Origin: a virus | Taxonomy: Duplodnaviria; Caudoviricetes | IMG/VR virus record: IMGVR_UViG_3300026077_000001 | Length of the DNA stretch: 64,000 bases | Reading direction: 5' to 3' (one strand) | Shown: in pieces, positions 47,795 to 58,056 of the stretch | How positions within the stretch are numbered: position 1 is the first letter of the stretch | Layout of the letters: each line of letters starts with the position of its first letter | Notes under the pieces: generated by a model | Told to the model about the DNA's origin: nothing | The model's input: the letters and a program-made list of their open reading frames with translations, nothing else | Database searches by the model: none | Translations under genes and position numbers: made by a program

Positions 47795-50010
47795 TGGCAA
47801 AGATAAAGATCAGATCCTTTTTACCATCGAAAGTTACAGGAGACATTCGAACAGATCCTACAGCTGCGATGACCGTACAAATCAATCGTTTAGGATTTGT
47901 GGTGGAGGATATTGGTAAATTAGTAGCCTGTATGTATGAAGAGAAATTAGATGCTGTACAAGATAATAAAAGGAAGAGGACACTATCACGGGATAAGTCA
48001 CGTGAGGATAATATAGAGAAGAAGGTACAGAAGAAAGTAGCAGATAAAGCACAGAAAGAATCTGGCAATGCAGATAAGAAGTCAGGCACTTGGTTACAGA
48101 AGTTATTGGCACCATTCAAATGGTTAGCAGAAAAGGCTTTAACCTGGTTTGCTTTGGACTGGCTGTCTAATCCAGACAATAAAAAGTTTATAGGTACGAC
48201 ACTTAATGTTATAGGTAAGTGGTTAGGGACATTCTGGAATGTATTCTCTAAAGGTGTTGGTTGGTTACTAGAAGCATTTAGTGAGAAGAGTCCAGTAATG
48301 GGTGCTCTTAAGATACTTGGTGGTATCGGAGCATTATTTTTAGCAGATAGGATACTTCAACCGTGGAAGTTACTTGGTGATTTCCAGAAGTTAAGTAAGT
48401 TCCTAGGACCAGGAATTGATAAGTTAGGAAAAGCACTTCAACAGGTAAAACCTGGTCAGTTGGCAAAGAACTTTGTCACCAACCCAATGGCAATGTCACT
48501 AACTGCTGGTGTTGTATCAACAACCACTAGATTAGCAGCAGGTGATGATGCTGACGTTGCTATTGGTGCAGGTATTGGTGCTACTGTCACGTCACTTGGA
48601 TTGACTGCACTGTTAACACCCATATTAGGACCATTTGCTCCTATAGTGGGCAGTATGCTTGGTGGTTTTATAGGAGATAAGATTGGTGCATTCCTTGGTG
48701 AAGCAATGAGACCTGTCTTTGGTCCCATTAAAGATTACTTTGTTGATGTATGGTTCCCAGCTATGAAGGCATTCATAGAACCAATTACTGGACCTGTGAT
48801 GGATTTCTTCCAAGAATTTCTACCAGTAATGAAGAAACTTGGAGAGTTCTTACAACCTATAGCTGAGTCAGCAATAGTAGAGATTGGTAAGTTCTTAGGT
48901 GGAGTTGCAATGGTTCAGTTTCAATCATTAGTATGGATAATTAAGCACGGTGCTAGAGCTATAGCTGATTTTGTAGAAGGTGCAGGTGATCTTGGATCAC
49001 GTATTGATATTGCTGGTGTATGGACATCTGATGTTGATAAAGCAGGTCAAGAGTTTAGAGATAGAGAGAGGGAAGTTAAAAATCATAAGAGATCTATAGA
49101 AGATTCCAAGAAGAAACTTGGAGAATTGATACAACAAAGAGATGAAGACGGTAAAGGTGATGATAATTGGAAAGGATGGGGTTGGAGATTTACCATTGGA
49201 GAACGTATCGAATTTGAAAAAGAACATATAATGAATCTTGAAAAGCAGCTTATACAAAGGGAGGCTGCTGTTATTAAAGCAAAAGAGAAGTGGGAACTTG
49301 AAAAGGAAATTGCTCAACAGGAAGCTGAGGAGGCTAAAGTATTAGCTGCTGAGAACTTAGCTATTGGAGATGGGGGTCATATTGTTACTTCAGAAGCAAT
49401 GAGAGATCGCCAGATGCAATTATCACCTGGTATGCATATGGGTGTAGATATTGCCACACAGATTGGTGAAGAACTTAAAGCGTTCTTAGGTGGTACAGTA
49501 CAACACGTAGGATATGATGAAGGATATGGTAATTATATTGCTTGGACATCTAGTGATGGTTTAGGTCAGTTATATGCTCATATGAAGGATATGTCACCAT
49601 TTAAAGCAGGTGATACATTCCAAGCAGGAGCAATACTAGGTTATTCAGGTGAGACTGGTAAAACTACTGGTCCTCATCTACATTGGGAGACATCAAAGAA
49701 TCCTCTTGATGTTGGTAAACCAAATACTGATCCTTTAAGTAGAATAAATCCTTTAGGTTTATATGGTAAAGAATCTCCATTCACAGGTAAACAAGAACCT
49801 GTTACTGAGATTACACCTACCAATGGTAATGAAGGGGGTGGACTAAATAATGAATTGATAGAGAGGTCTATTACAGAAGCATCCCAACAATGGAAAGGTT
49901 CTACCACTAATACTCAATTCATTGTTCAACCAGTGGTTAAGGAGGTCGTTAAGACTAACCAAACTAACGTCTCGGTTATTACTAAACCAGCATCTATAAG
50001 CATAAATTAA
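47794..50010 (+). CDS. Tape-measure-like baseplate hub protein with M23 peptidase domain
   Basis: Helical/amphipathic body; HMGVD, GYGNY, YAH, GPHLHWE. Confidence 0.78.
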   Translation: MAKIKIRSFLPSKVTGDIRTDPTAAMTVQINRLGFVVEDIGKLVACMYEEKLDAVQDNKRKRTLSRDKSREDNIEKKVQKKVADKAQKESGNADKKSGTWLQKLLAPFKWLAEKALTWFALDWLSNPDNKKFIGTTLNVIGKWLGTFWNVFSKGVGWLLEAFSEKSPVMGALKILGGIGALFLADRILQPWKLLGDFQKLSKFLGPGIDKLGKALQQVKPGQLAKNFVTNPMAMSLTAGVVSTTTRLAAGDDADVAIGAGIGATVTSLGLTALLTPILGPFAPIVGSMLGGFIGDKIGAFLGEAMRPVFGPIKDYFVDVWFPAMKAFIEPITGPVMDFFQEFLPVMKKLGEFLQPIAESAIVEIGKFLGGVAMVQFQSLVWIIKHGARAIADFVEGAGDLGSRIDIAGVWTSDVDKAGQEFRDREREVKNHKRSIEDSKKKLGELIQQRDEDGKGDDNWKGWGWRFTIGERIEFEKEHIMNLEKQLIQREAAVIKAKEKWELEKEIAQQEAEEAKVLAAENLAIGDGGHIVTSEAMRDRQMQLSPGMHMGVDIATQIGEELKAFLGGTVQHVGYDEGYGNYIAWTSSDGLGQLYAHMKDMSPFKAGDTFQAGAILGYSGETGKTTGPHLHWETSKNPLDVGKPNTDPLSRINPLGLYGKESPFTGKQEPVTEITPTNGNEGGGLNNELIERSITEASQQWKGSTTNTQFIVQPVVKEVVKTNQTNVSVITKPASISIN

Positions 50011-52047
50011 ATGACAGCAATAAGCAAGGTTAGATTCTTTAAAATGGTGACTCCGCCTGACAAGTCGGATGATACCAAAGTTTCTGTTGGAAATAAAACT
50101 ATAGCAGGTAGTAGTTTTTCTACAACTATATCTGCTATTAATTCTTTAGGTGCTACAGTTAATAGTATTGCTGTAGCAATAAAAGAAGTTAAGGATCAGA
50201 ATAAGCGTCAAGTTGACCGTCAGAAAAGAAATGCTGCTTTAGCATCTGATGCTGCTAGAGAGAAGAAGTTAGAAGCAGATAAAGATGGTGGTGGTGATGA
50301 TAATACAGTAGCGAAGCTTGTTGGAGGAGGACTGGGATTCTTAGGGAATCTTATGAAGTTCTTCAAGGGTCTTATAATGTACAAGGCTCTTGATTGGATT
50401 AGTGATCCTGCTAATAGAGAACGAGTAAAAACAACGTTAGAAAGAATTAAAAAGTTTTGGGAGATGTTAGTTGGTGCATTTACTAAACTAAGCAATTGGA
50501 TTGGAGAGAACTGGGAGAAGACGTTTGGTGAAGATAAGACCTTAATAGAAAGGTTACAAGGAATAGCTGGGCTTACAGGAGCATTAGCTGGACTAGCATT
50601 TCTAGCAAATCCAGTAGGTTTCATTAGTAATATCACTGGCATCCTTCAGATGGTTGGTGGTGGTATTGTTAACCTTGGTAAGTTCTTAGGTGGGAATACT
50701 GTTGGTAGATCTCTATTGGCAATTGGTCAAGGAGTTGAGGCTTATAATAGAACACTAAATGATGAAACGATAGCAGAAGAAGATAGACAGTCAAGTGCTA
50801 TAGGTGCTGGTGTTGGTAGTACTACTGGATCAATGGTTGGTAGTACTATTGGTGCTAGTTTCTTAGGACCTATTGGTGGTATTATTGGTGCTGCTCTTGG
50901 TGGATTTATAGGTGAGAACGTTGGTAAGTTTCTTGGTCCTATTGCTGAGGACTTCTTTAAAGGAATTAAGGAGGTCTTTGATGTGGTTATGGAATGGTTC
51001 GAGAAACTTATGGAACCATTAAAACAAGCAGTATCAGAGGTATTTGAAGCACTTGGTCCTGTAATGCAAACGATAGTCGATAAACTTAAAGAACATATGC
51101 CTTTCATTGAAAAGGTAATGGGTATTTTAGGTACGGTTGTCTTTGGTCCTTTGATTCTGTTGCTTAAAGGTTTGACTGGTCTACTCAAATTAGTACCAAC
51201 AGAGTCTGAGATGAATGAAATAAAGGATGGACAGGAGACTAATGGTGATACACCAGAAGCAAGTAAGGGTGGAATAATACCGTACAGATCTATTGGTGGT
51301 ATCGTTCCATTCAATATGGACTTTAAACTACCTGAGAGAAGTCAAGGTGGTTGGATAAGTGGTCCTCAGTCTGGTTATCCTGTTAGTCTGGATGGTAGAG
51401 GTGTTGATTTCATTGGTCACGGACTAGAGTACGTTGCAAAGAGATCGTCAGGTGGATTTGTTATACCCGTTGACACACCACACACCCGTAGAGATCCTGG
51501 TTTAACTAAGAGAAAAGCAGTTCAAGCAAATGCATTTGGATACAAGGTTCCTGGCTTCTCTGAAGGTGGTAAGATTAATATTGATAAACTTGTTACATCT
51601 CCAGTACTTAATTTACCTGAATTTAGTACTGGTGGATTAGCTTTAAGTGGAGGAGAGTCTGATTCTGCGATAATGAGACAAATGATAGGATCTGGAATGC
51701 TTACATCTCCAGTAACAAATTCTATTAGTGTAAATTTGACTGGAGGGGAGTCTGATTCTAATATATTGTTAAAGGCGATCAAAGCTCAACAGAATAATGT
51801 TGGACAGAATCTTAATGATCTGGTTGGTAGAGTTAAGGATGCAGCCTCCTCAGTAACCTTGACTGGAAATGAGTCTGATTCTCAAATAATGTTAAAGGCA
51901 ATCAAAGCTCAACAAGAGCAAGTTCCTCAAGATGTTACTGAAATACCTATCACTAGAGAAGGTAAGCGTAACCCTGCAGCACCATTCTTAGTAAGTAGAT
52001 TCGGTAGAAATGCTGAGTCTAGTAACCCAGTAAGCAACTTCTTATGA
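50011..52047 (+). CDS. Second tape-measure-like protein
   Basis: N-terminus similar to previous gene; Gly-rich hydrophobic segments; three GESDS repeats. Confidence 0.7.
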   Translation: MTAISKVRFFKMVTPPDKSDDTKVSVGNKTIAGSSFSTTISAINSLGATVNSIAVAIKEVKDQNKRQVDRQKRNAALASDAAREKKLEADKDGGGDDNTVAKLVGGGLGFLGNLMKFFKGLIMYKALDWISDPANRERVKTTLERIKKFWEMLVGAFTKLSNWIGENWEKTFGEDKTLIERLQGIAGLTGALAGLAFLANPVGFISNITGILQMVGGGIVNLGKFLGGNTVGRSLLAIGQGVEAYNRTLNDETIAEEDRQSSAIGAGVGSTTGSMVGSTIGASFLGPIGGIIGAALGGFIGENVGKFLGPIAEDFFKGIKEVFDVVMEWFEKLMEPLKQAVSEVFEALGPVMQTIVDKLKEHMPFIEKVMGILGTVVFGPLILLLKGLTGLLKLVPTESEMNEIKDGQETNGDTPEASKGGIIPYRSIGGIVPFNMDFKLPERSQGGWISGPQSGYPVSLDGRGVDFIGHGLEYVAKRSSGGFVIPVDTPHTRRDPGLTKRKAVQANAFGYKVPGFSEGGKINIDKLVTSPVLNLPEFSTGGLALSGGESDSAIMRQMIGSGMLTSPVTNSISVNLTGGESDSNILLKAIKAQQNNVGQNLNDLVGRVKDAASSVTLTGNESDSQIMLKAIKAQQEQVPQDVTEIPITREGKRNPAAPFLVSRFGRNAESSNPVSNFL

Positions 52048-53753
52048 GCGACTTACCAATACAACCTAAAGGTTATAAGATAACCAAATTCAATCTTATA
52101 ACTAAGGACGATTCTAATCCTGATCAAAAAGTTGACCAGATTGAACCTCTTGGGGAACATTCTCTTGTTGATGTAAGGAAACTTTGTTCTGGGTTTAATT
52201 ATATTGAGTCCATAGATTCACCATCGGTTAGGATGGAGATTGCTATGTTTGATACTATTGACCTTATCAGTGGTATGACTGGTAATGAAATTATTCAAAT
52301 AACAATAGAAACTGACTCTGCTCCTGGTATGGAACTGGAGATAAGTCAGAAAATATTTAAAATTGGTGAGATTACTAAGTCTGAACGTGCACAACTCTAC
52401 GTCATTTATACTGTGTCACCTGAGACTATTAACAATGAAACCAATAAAGTCTTCAAGTCGTTTAAGGATAACATCGGCTCAGCACACGTTGAGTGGTGTG
52501 TTAAAGAAAAATTGAAGTCCTCTGGCAAGAACTATTCCTACGAACCCTCGAAGGGTAACTTCAGATTCCTAGCACCGACTTGGAGACCATATGATTGTAT
52601 CGGATATATCTCAGATAAAATTGTCAGTTCAATAACCAATACTGCTGGTTACTTGTTCTTTGAGAATAGAGATGGTTATTATTTCCATACTATAGATTGG
52701 TTATGTTCGGACAGAAATCCTACTGCTGCTAAACCACCCAAGTATACTTATGAACAGGCAAACGTAGGTGACTCAGATTTTAATGCTTTTAAGATTGAAA
52801 GTATAAACTTCCCAGACAGAGCAAATCATTTGGAGAAGATGAGATCAGGTACCTATAGTAATACAGTAATAGGAATTAAGTTACCTGCAGTAACCAGTGG
52901 TAATCTACCTGCATCAGGTGATGGTGACTCCTCTCTTGTAGATATTGCTGCAGCCAACGATGTCAGCAGATTGATTGAAATAGACAATCGAATGGATACA
53001 TTGAATGCAAGACGAGATACCTGGGATGATGCGGATAAAGCAGAATATGCTGCTCTTGAAAAAGAAGAAGCGGAAATAGATGCAAGAAGTGAAGCTGCAC
53101 TTATTGCCAATCAACAAACAACTACCACGACCAGTGGGAACAGCACAACAACTACTACGACCTCTTCCACGTATGTTGAGGCTAAAATAAATGCAGGTGT
53201 AACAACTACTGCAAATTCAGACGGACTGAATACAAACCAAGTTACTACAACTGGAGGGTCTGGTTCTATACAACCACCATTACATATGGGACTGGACAAT
53301 GTGTTTGGAATGGCTAACACAGCAGGTGGAATTTTAAATGATCAGTTCCCATTTCCAAAGGTTAAACCTATATACTTTGATGAAAAGAGACCAACACGTA
53401 CTAAAATACGTGCTCTTCCTGGTATGAAGAACGCCCAGAACCAACAGGATTCTACTGGTGGTGCTGGTAATATGGACTTCGATACAGTGTGGGCATCTGC
53501 ATATAGTTTCAGCCGTTGGCAGTTACTTAATGCAATTACACTTGACATCAGCATACCAGGTAATGTAGCATTAGCAGTAGGTCAACAACTAGAATGCGTT
53601 ATACCTGCTTCAACTAAGGAGGAAGAACGCACAGTTTTAGATCCCATTTATTCAGGTAGATACCTGATTATTGGATTGACTCACAAGTACAATCCAGAAG
53701 GGGTTACGACTATGTTAAACCTATCTAAGGACAGTATTACTACTCCTACTTAA
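52044..53753 (+). CDS. Baseplate hub gp27-like protein
   Basis: YIESIDSPS, YLFFEN, SIPGN..LAVG, SGRYLI..LTHK; position before gp5. Confidence 0.65.
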   Translation: MSDLPIQPKGYKITKFNLITKDDSNPDQKVDQIEPLGEHSLVDVRKLCSGFNYIESIDSPSVRMEIAMFDTIDLISGMTGNEIIQITIETDSAPGMELEISQKIFKIGEITKSERAQLYVIYTVSPETINNETNKVFKSFKDNIGSAHVEWCVKEKLKSSGKNYSYEPSKGNFRFLAPTWRPYDCIGYISDKIVSSITNTAGYLFFENRDGYYFHTIDWLCSDRNPTAAKPPKYTYEQANVGDSDFNAFKIESINFPDRANHLEKMRSGTYSNTVIGIKLPAVTSGNLPASGDGDSSLVDIAAANDVSRLIEIDNRMDTLNARRDTWDDADKAEYAALEKEEAEIDARSEAALIANQQTTTTTSGNSTTTTTTSSTYVEAKINAGVTTTANSDGLNTNQVTTTGGSGSIQPPLHMGLDNVFGMANTAGGILNDQFPFPKVKPIYFDEKRPTRTKIRALPGMKNAQNQQDSTGGAGNMDFDTVWASAYSFSRWQLLNAITLDISIPGNVALAVGQQLECVIPASTKEEERTVLDPIYSGRYLIIGLTHKYNPEGVTTMLNLSKDSITTPT

Positions 53754-53759
53754 ACTATT

Positions 53760-53987
53760 ATGGAAACCATAGAACAACACATCCAAAAAGATAGAGAGAT
53801 CTTAGACGATCCTCAAACAAACCCTGCTGCTCGCAGGCACTACAAAGAAGAGCTACACGATTTAGAAGAGTATGCAGAGCATCATAAAGCAGAGATTGAT
53901 GCAGGAGATCATCACGATCCTAATGCTATTGAACTGTTTTGTGATCAGAACCCAGATGAGCCAGAATGCCTAGTGTATGACGATTAG
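53760..53987 (+). CDS. cp12: CP12 Calvin-cycle inhibitor
   Basis: C-terminal FCDQNPDEPECLVYDD. Confidence 0.92.
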   Translation: METIEQHIQKDREILDDPQTNPAARRHYKEELHDLEEYAEHHKAEIDAGDHHDPNAIELFCDQNPDEPECLVYDD

Positions 53988-54150
53988 AAGATTATGGAGA
54001 ATCTGGAAGTATACTCTAGGTTCTTTTAGTGACGAGACAACCAAACGATACGATAATACTGTAGCAATTATGAGGTCTCTCATCTTTGCTACATATCTTA
54101 TAACCAACTGCTTTATTACAGCAGGGGTAATTCGTCACTGGAACAATTAA
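53977..54150 (+). CDS. Small conserved membrane protein (57 aa)
   Basis: WRIWKYTLGSFSD, TNCFITAGVIRHW. Confidence 0.65.
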   Translation: MTIRRLWRIWKYTLGSFSDETTKRYDNTVAIMRSLIFATYLITNCFITAGVIRHWNN

Positions 54151-54153
54151 ATT

Positions 54154-54717
54154 ATGACTGCTGTACAATCATTCATCGCAGGTGGAACCATTGAACCTGA
54201 GATATGCGATGGGGTTTTAGATTTTTATAACACTTGCGAATACCTTGAAAAGGTAGCAGGTGAGACAAGTCAAGGGGTTGATAAGATAATTAAACAGTCT
54301 ACAGATATGGCAGTACCATCTTGGATAAAGGATCCACGTATTGTTAAATATCTTGATGCCGTTCAAGGTGGATTATCTCTATACATAGAACAGTATCCGT
54401 GGGCTTCTATGGCAGACTTAGAGGTACTTGAACCATTTAATATACAACATTATATTCCTGGTGCTTGTTTCTCTCAACCTCATACTGAACGTGTGGGATC
54501 TAATAAGACAAGTTCCTTCAGACATCTAGTCTGGATGACCTATCTTAATGATATTGAAGAGGGTGGTGGTACTAACTTTGTACACCAAGATTTAGAGTTA
54601 GAACCTAAGAAAGGACTGACTATGATCTGGCCTGCAGACTGGACTCACGTACACCACGGAATACCTGCACCTAAAGAAGATAAATATATAGTAACAGGAT
54701 GGGTATCATACGCTTAA
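54154..54717 (+). CDS. 2OG-Fe(II) oxygenase
   Basis: HTE, WMTYLND..GGGT, HVHHG, KYIVTGW. Confidence 0.88.
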   Translation: MTAVQSFIAGGTIEPEICDGVLDFYNTCEYLEKVAGETSQGVDKIIKQSTDMAVPSWIKDPRIVKYLDAVQGGLSLYIEQYPWASMADLEVLEPFNIQHYIPGACFSQPHTERVGSNKTSSFRHLVWMTYLNDIEEGGGTNFVHQDLELEPKKGLTMIWPADWTHVHHGIPAPKEDKYIVTGWVSYA

Positions 54718-54720
54718 ACA

Positions 54721-57141
54721 ATGCCAGCAACACTTGACGCTATAGGAAAATCAGATGTAATGGGACGTGACGGATTCACTTGGTGGGTCGGTGAAGTCGA
54801 AGACATTGAGGATCCCCAGAATCTAGGACGTACTAAGGTACGTATTATAGGTTGGTATACTGGTGCGGGTGAAGTTGCCTATACTAAAGAAATGCCGACT
54901 GAGGATTTACCTTGGGCGGTTACTATGCTGCCTACTGATCAGGCAGGTATAAAAAACTCTGGGACGAAGTGTGAACTTCAGGTCGGTGCTCAGGTATTAG
55001 GGTTCTTCCTTGATGGAGAGGAAGCACAACTACCTGTTGTTATGGGATCACTGCGTGGTTTCAAGAACAATAGTCAAGACGGACAAGCAAGTACAGAGGC
55101 AGAGACAGGAGCTACAGTTGTTGCTGATCCTACGAAAGCTCTTCCAGAGGAAGAGATGCCACCTCAGGCTAAGTCTTTACAAGGTGAGGTAGTTCACGGA
55201 GGATCACCCTTTAATGTTGTCGGTGGAGAACAAGCAGGAGATGAGAACGGAGGAGAAGAAAAGTCCCGTGGTGTCATCTCAATAGCAGAAGTTCGAGCAC
55301 CAGGTAACGTTTATACGAACCCAATAAAAATCCCTGCAGATGCGTTTGCAGTCGGGGATGGACTCAGTGGACCAGCAGGTATAGGATTCGAGAAGGATCT
55401 TAAGAGAATGCTTACCGAATTTGGTCAATTAACAGGTTCCATAGCAAGAGGAAGTAAAGGAGATTTAATCTCCATTATTAGTGGAGGAAAGATTAGTAAC
55501 AAGCAGATCCAAGCTTCTCTTGATGGCATTAAGACATCAGTGTCTAATGCAATTAGTGGTATTATGAGTGCATTGAAGAACGTACTAGCACAAGGAATAG
55601 AGAGTATGGTTAGTAGCCTACTCGGTTCGTTAACAAATGTGATACCACTCGGTATAATACAGCAGCTATTGAAACTCGCTACATTCATTACAGGTCTGTT
55701 TTGTAACTTCGAAGCAAATTATATTTTAGGAGCGATCAGTGGTGCTCTAGGAGACATTACTGGATTTGCTAATAGTATTTCATCTAATATCGTTGATAAA
55801 GTTGTCGGTGGTCTTGCCACTAAGGTAAATGACACAGTTAACGGTGTTCTATCAAAGGTACAAGGAGCAGTAGGTAAGGTTGCTGCTATGGGTAACAAGG
55901 TAATGGCTGCAATTAACGTTGCAAAAGGTGGATTGAGTCTAGTATCTAAACTTAAGTCATTATTCTCGTTCGATTTCTCAAAGATGAACTGGTCTTCCTT
56001 GATCAGCATCATCATCGGACTATTGAAGATGTTGTTCGGTAACAAGGACTGTGGGAGGGGTCATCGAGAACCTAAACAAAAGTTCTGGCTGCCACTGTTA
56101 GGTACGAGTACGTGTGAATCCGTACCAGAATTCTTGCAGCAAGAAATTGAGATAGGAGGATCAAGTGATTTAGCTGGTGAAGGTAATTACACCACTAAAG
56201 GTGACTATTTCAGTAGCTTGATGGAAGGTATTAACCCATTTAAGGTTCAAGCTCAAACATTCCTTAACGGTTCTTCTATTATTCAGGACAATACACCTGG
56301 TAAAGAAAAGACCATTGTTAAGCATAGTGGTGGTCAGACTACTATTGCTACTGCTGATGGTAATCAACACAGGAACCAACCTGGTAATGATACAAAGATT
56401 GTTGGACGTGATGAATGTACTAATGTTAAAGGAAATAAGACTGTAACTATTGAGGGTGACTATACTCTTAAAGTTATGGGTGACTTCAACATAGAAGTTG
56501 GAGGAACACACAACCTAAACGTATCACAGGGTGTTGGTAATGGTGGTAGTAAGCAATCTAAAGCAGCAACAACTTATGCATCTGACTACGATGTGAGTTA
56601 TGAAGGAGATTACAAAATACAGGCTCCTAATATCACGTTTAATGCCCTTAATGAGTTCTCTTGTAATGCTTCTACGATTTCTAACAAGGCATCTTCACTA
56701 ATGAACTCCATATCTGGTGAGATTATTAATGAGTGTGCTTGGAAGACAGAATTTATTAACAACGTTCACTTTAAGAATGTTGGTATGATGAACCCCATAC
56801 CTGCTATCACAGGTGTGGTTAACCTTGTTAAAGGACCAACTATTTCAATTAATGGTAGTGGTCTCGGTCCTGTACCAATGCCAGCAGCACAGATTAATAT
56901 TTGTGAATGTACAATTCCTGGTGGAATCATTGATGTTGTGAACGGTACTTCAGGTGGTCGCTTAACTCTTGTAAACACTGGTGCAGGTGGTATCGGAGAA
57001 TTCAATACTGCTCCAGGTGGTGCGATATTTAATCAGGTTCAAAGCGGTGTAGCAGTATATAACGTAAACACAGGGGTCTTCGCTGCAGGATGTGGTGGTG
57101 GACCTGCTCAATTCTATGGGTTGCCAGTTCTGCTGAATTAG
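54721..57141 (+). CDS. gp5: Baseplate hub / tail spike gp5 (no lysozyme domain seen)
   Basis: WWVGEVED..DP..LGR.KVRI.G OB fold, GFFLDG..Q.PVVMG; beta-helix repeats. Confidence 0.9.
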   Translation: MPATLDAIGKSDVMGRDGFTWWVGEVEDIEDPQNLGRTKVRIIGWYTGAGEVAYTKEMPTEDLPWAVTMLPTDQAGIKNSGTKCELQVGAQVLGFFLDGEEAQLPVVMGSLRGFKNNSQDGQASTEAETGATVVADPTKALPEEEMPPQAKSLQGEVVHGGSPFNVVGGEQAGDENGGEEKSRGVISIAEVRAPGNVYTNPIKIPADAFAVGDGLSGPAGIGFEKDLKRMLTEFGQLTGSIARGSKGDLISIISGGKISNKQIQASLDGIKTSVSNAISGIMSALKNVLAQGIESMVSSLLGSLTNVIPLGIIQQLLKLATFITGLFCNFEANYILGAISGALGDITGFANSISSNIVDKVVGGLATKVNDTVNGVLSKVQGAVGKVAAMGNKVMAAINVAKGGLSLVSKLKSLFSFDFSKMNWSSLISIIIGLLKMLFGNKDCGRGHREPKQKFWLPLLGTSTCESVPEFLQQEIEIGGSSDLAGEGNYTTKGDYFSSLMEGINPFKVQAQTFLNGSSIIQDNTPGKEKTIVKHSGGQTTIATADGNQHRNQPGNDTKIVGRDECTNVKGNKTVTIEGDYTLKVMGDFNIEVGGTHNLNVSQGVGNGGSKQSKAATTYASDYDVSYEGDYKIQAPNITFNALNEFSCNASTISNKASSLMNSISGEIINECAWKTEFINNVHFKNVGMMNPIPAITGVVNLVKGPTISINGSGLGPVPMPAAQINICECTIPGGIIDVVNGTSGGRLTLVNTGAGGIGEFNTAPGGAIFNQVQSGVAVYNVNTGVFAAGCGGGPAQFYGLPVLLN

Positions 57142-57176
57142 TGTATAATAATTTTGTTGGGTTGATCACCCGACAA

Positions 57177-57344
57177 GGGAGTGACTGAATAATCTTTCTG
57201 GCAAACGCTGGATAAGGTGATGAGACACAGGTGGTGCTGCACCGAGAGGTGAATCGACTTACCAGTCGGGTCTCAGGCAAGGACGTAAAATTTACTACTG
57301 TAGTAATGCCCGTTCTTTGTTGGTATACAGAAATCCAACCTCCC
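57177..57344 (+). ncRNA. manA RNA motif (probable)
   Basis: GGGAG/CTCCC and GTTGG/CCAAC closing stems; GAGAC/GTCTC pairing; resembles the cyanophage manA motif from memory; TATAAT at 57144. Confidence 0.65.
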
Positions 57345-57368
57345 ACCCTACCTATTCACGAGGCTATT

Positions 57369-57521
57369 ATGAGTAGAAGACAGTACACAGTCAAACTTAG
57401 AAGACCACAGTCTGCGGTTCCACTAATTGAAATCGTTACAGATTGCTTGACTATGCAAGAAGCAATCATTCGTGCAGAAGCACGTACAGGTTTAAAGCAC
57501 TTTACTGCATTCCCCTCCTAA
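57369..57521 (+). CDS. Small hypothetical protein (50 aa)
   Basis: GAGG RBS after the RNA motif. Confidence 0.6.
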   Translation: MSRRQYTVKLRRPQSAVPLIEIVTDCLTMQEAIIRAEARTGLKHFTAFPS

Positions 57522-57769
57522 TGGATTCTGAAGAAATCAACTATATACTCTTTGAGTACTTCGATCTTCTTATGGACACACAAGAACTCTGGTTAGATTA
57601 TGTGTGGATTAATGTTCCACAACGATCAGTATCCCTTCAGTCATCTGATGGAAATATTGAAAAGATACGATTCAAGTGGGATGAAGAAGGTGCAGAAGGA
57701 TTCCAAGAGGTAATCGCAACTATTTGCGAGACCGTACCTGAAGACCAACGTTGTTTTGTATCTAAATGA
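57521..57769 (+). CDS. Hypothetical protein
   Basis: TAATG coupling. Confidence 0.6.
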   Translation: MDSEEINYILFEYFDLLMDTQELWLDYVWINVPQRSVSLQSSDGNIEKIRFKWDEEGAEGFQEVIATICETVPEDQRCFVSK

Positions 57770-58056
57770 ATAGACTAACTTATGAAGAAGCCATTGAAAA
57801 CATTGGTTTCACTTTGAAATTAGCATCACGAGGACAACCATTTGTAGTGGAATGTCCAGAAGGAAACGTTATTATTTCACCTGTTGCTAATTCACCTACA
57901 CAAGAATTTGCAGATAAAGAGATAGAAGGATATCATCAAGGACCACCACCAATGCCAGGAGTGGGTGGACTTCCAAGTCAAACAGATGTAGCGAGTTTCG
58001 CTCAACAAGAGACTATGGAAGCGGTTAAGGAAATTAGAGCACGTGGCAATCTCTAG
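57766..58056 (+). CDS. Hypothetical protein
   Basis: ATGA coupling. Confidence 0.6.
   Translation: MNRLTYEEAIENIGFTLKLASRGQPFVVECPEGNVIISPVANSPTQEFADKEIEGYHQGPPPMPGVGGLPSQTDVASFAQQETMEAVKEIRARGNL

Noticed and set aside
46-57346. Many minus-strand and alternate-frame ORFs in the track (e.g. 46-399, 10176-10550, 47742-48179, 50742-51314)
   Set aside because: They are shadows of well-supported genes and show no motifs or RBS; only gp53 and gp48 are credible on the minus strand.
57231-57368. Long N-terminal extension of the ORF at 57231
   Set aside because: It overlaps the structured manA-like RNA; the ATG at 57369 has an RBS and is the likelier start.
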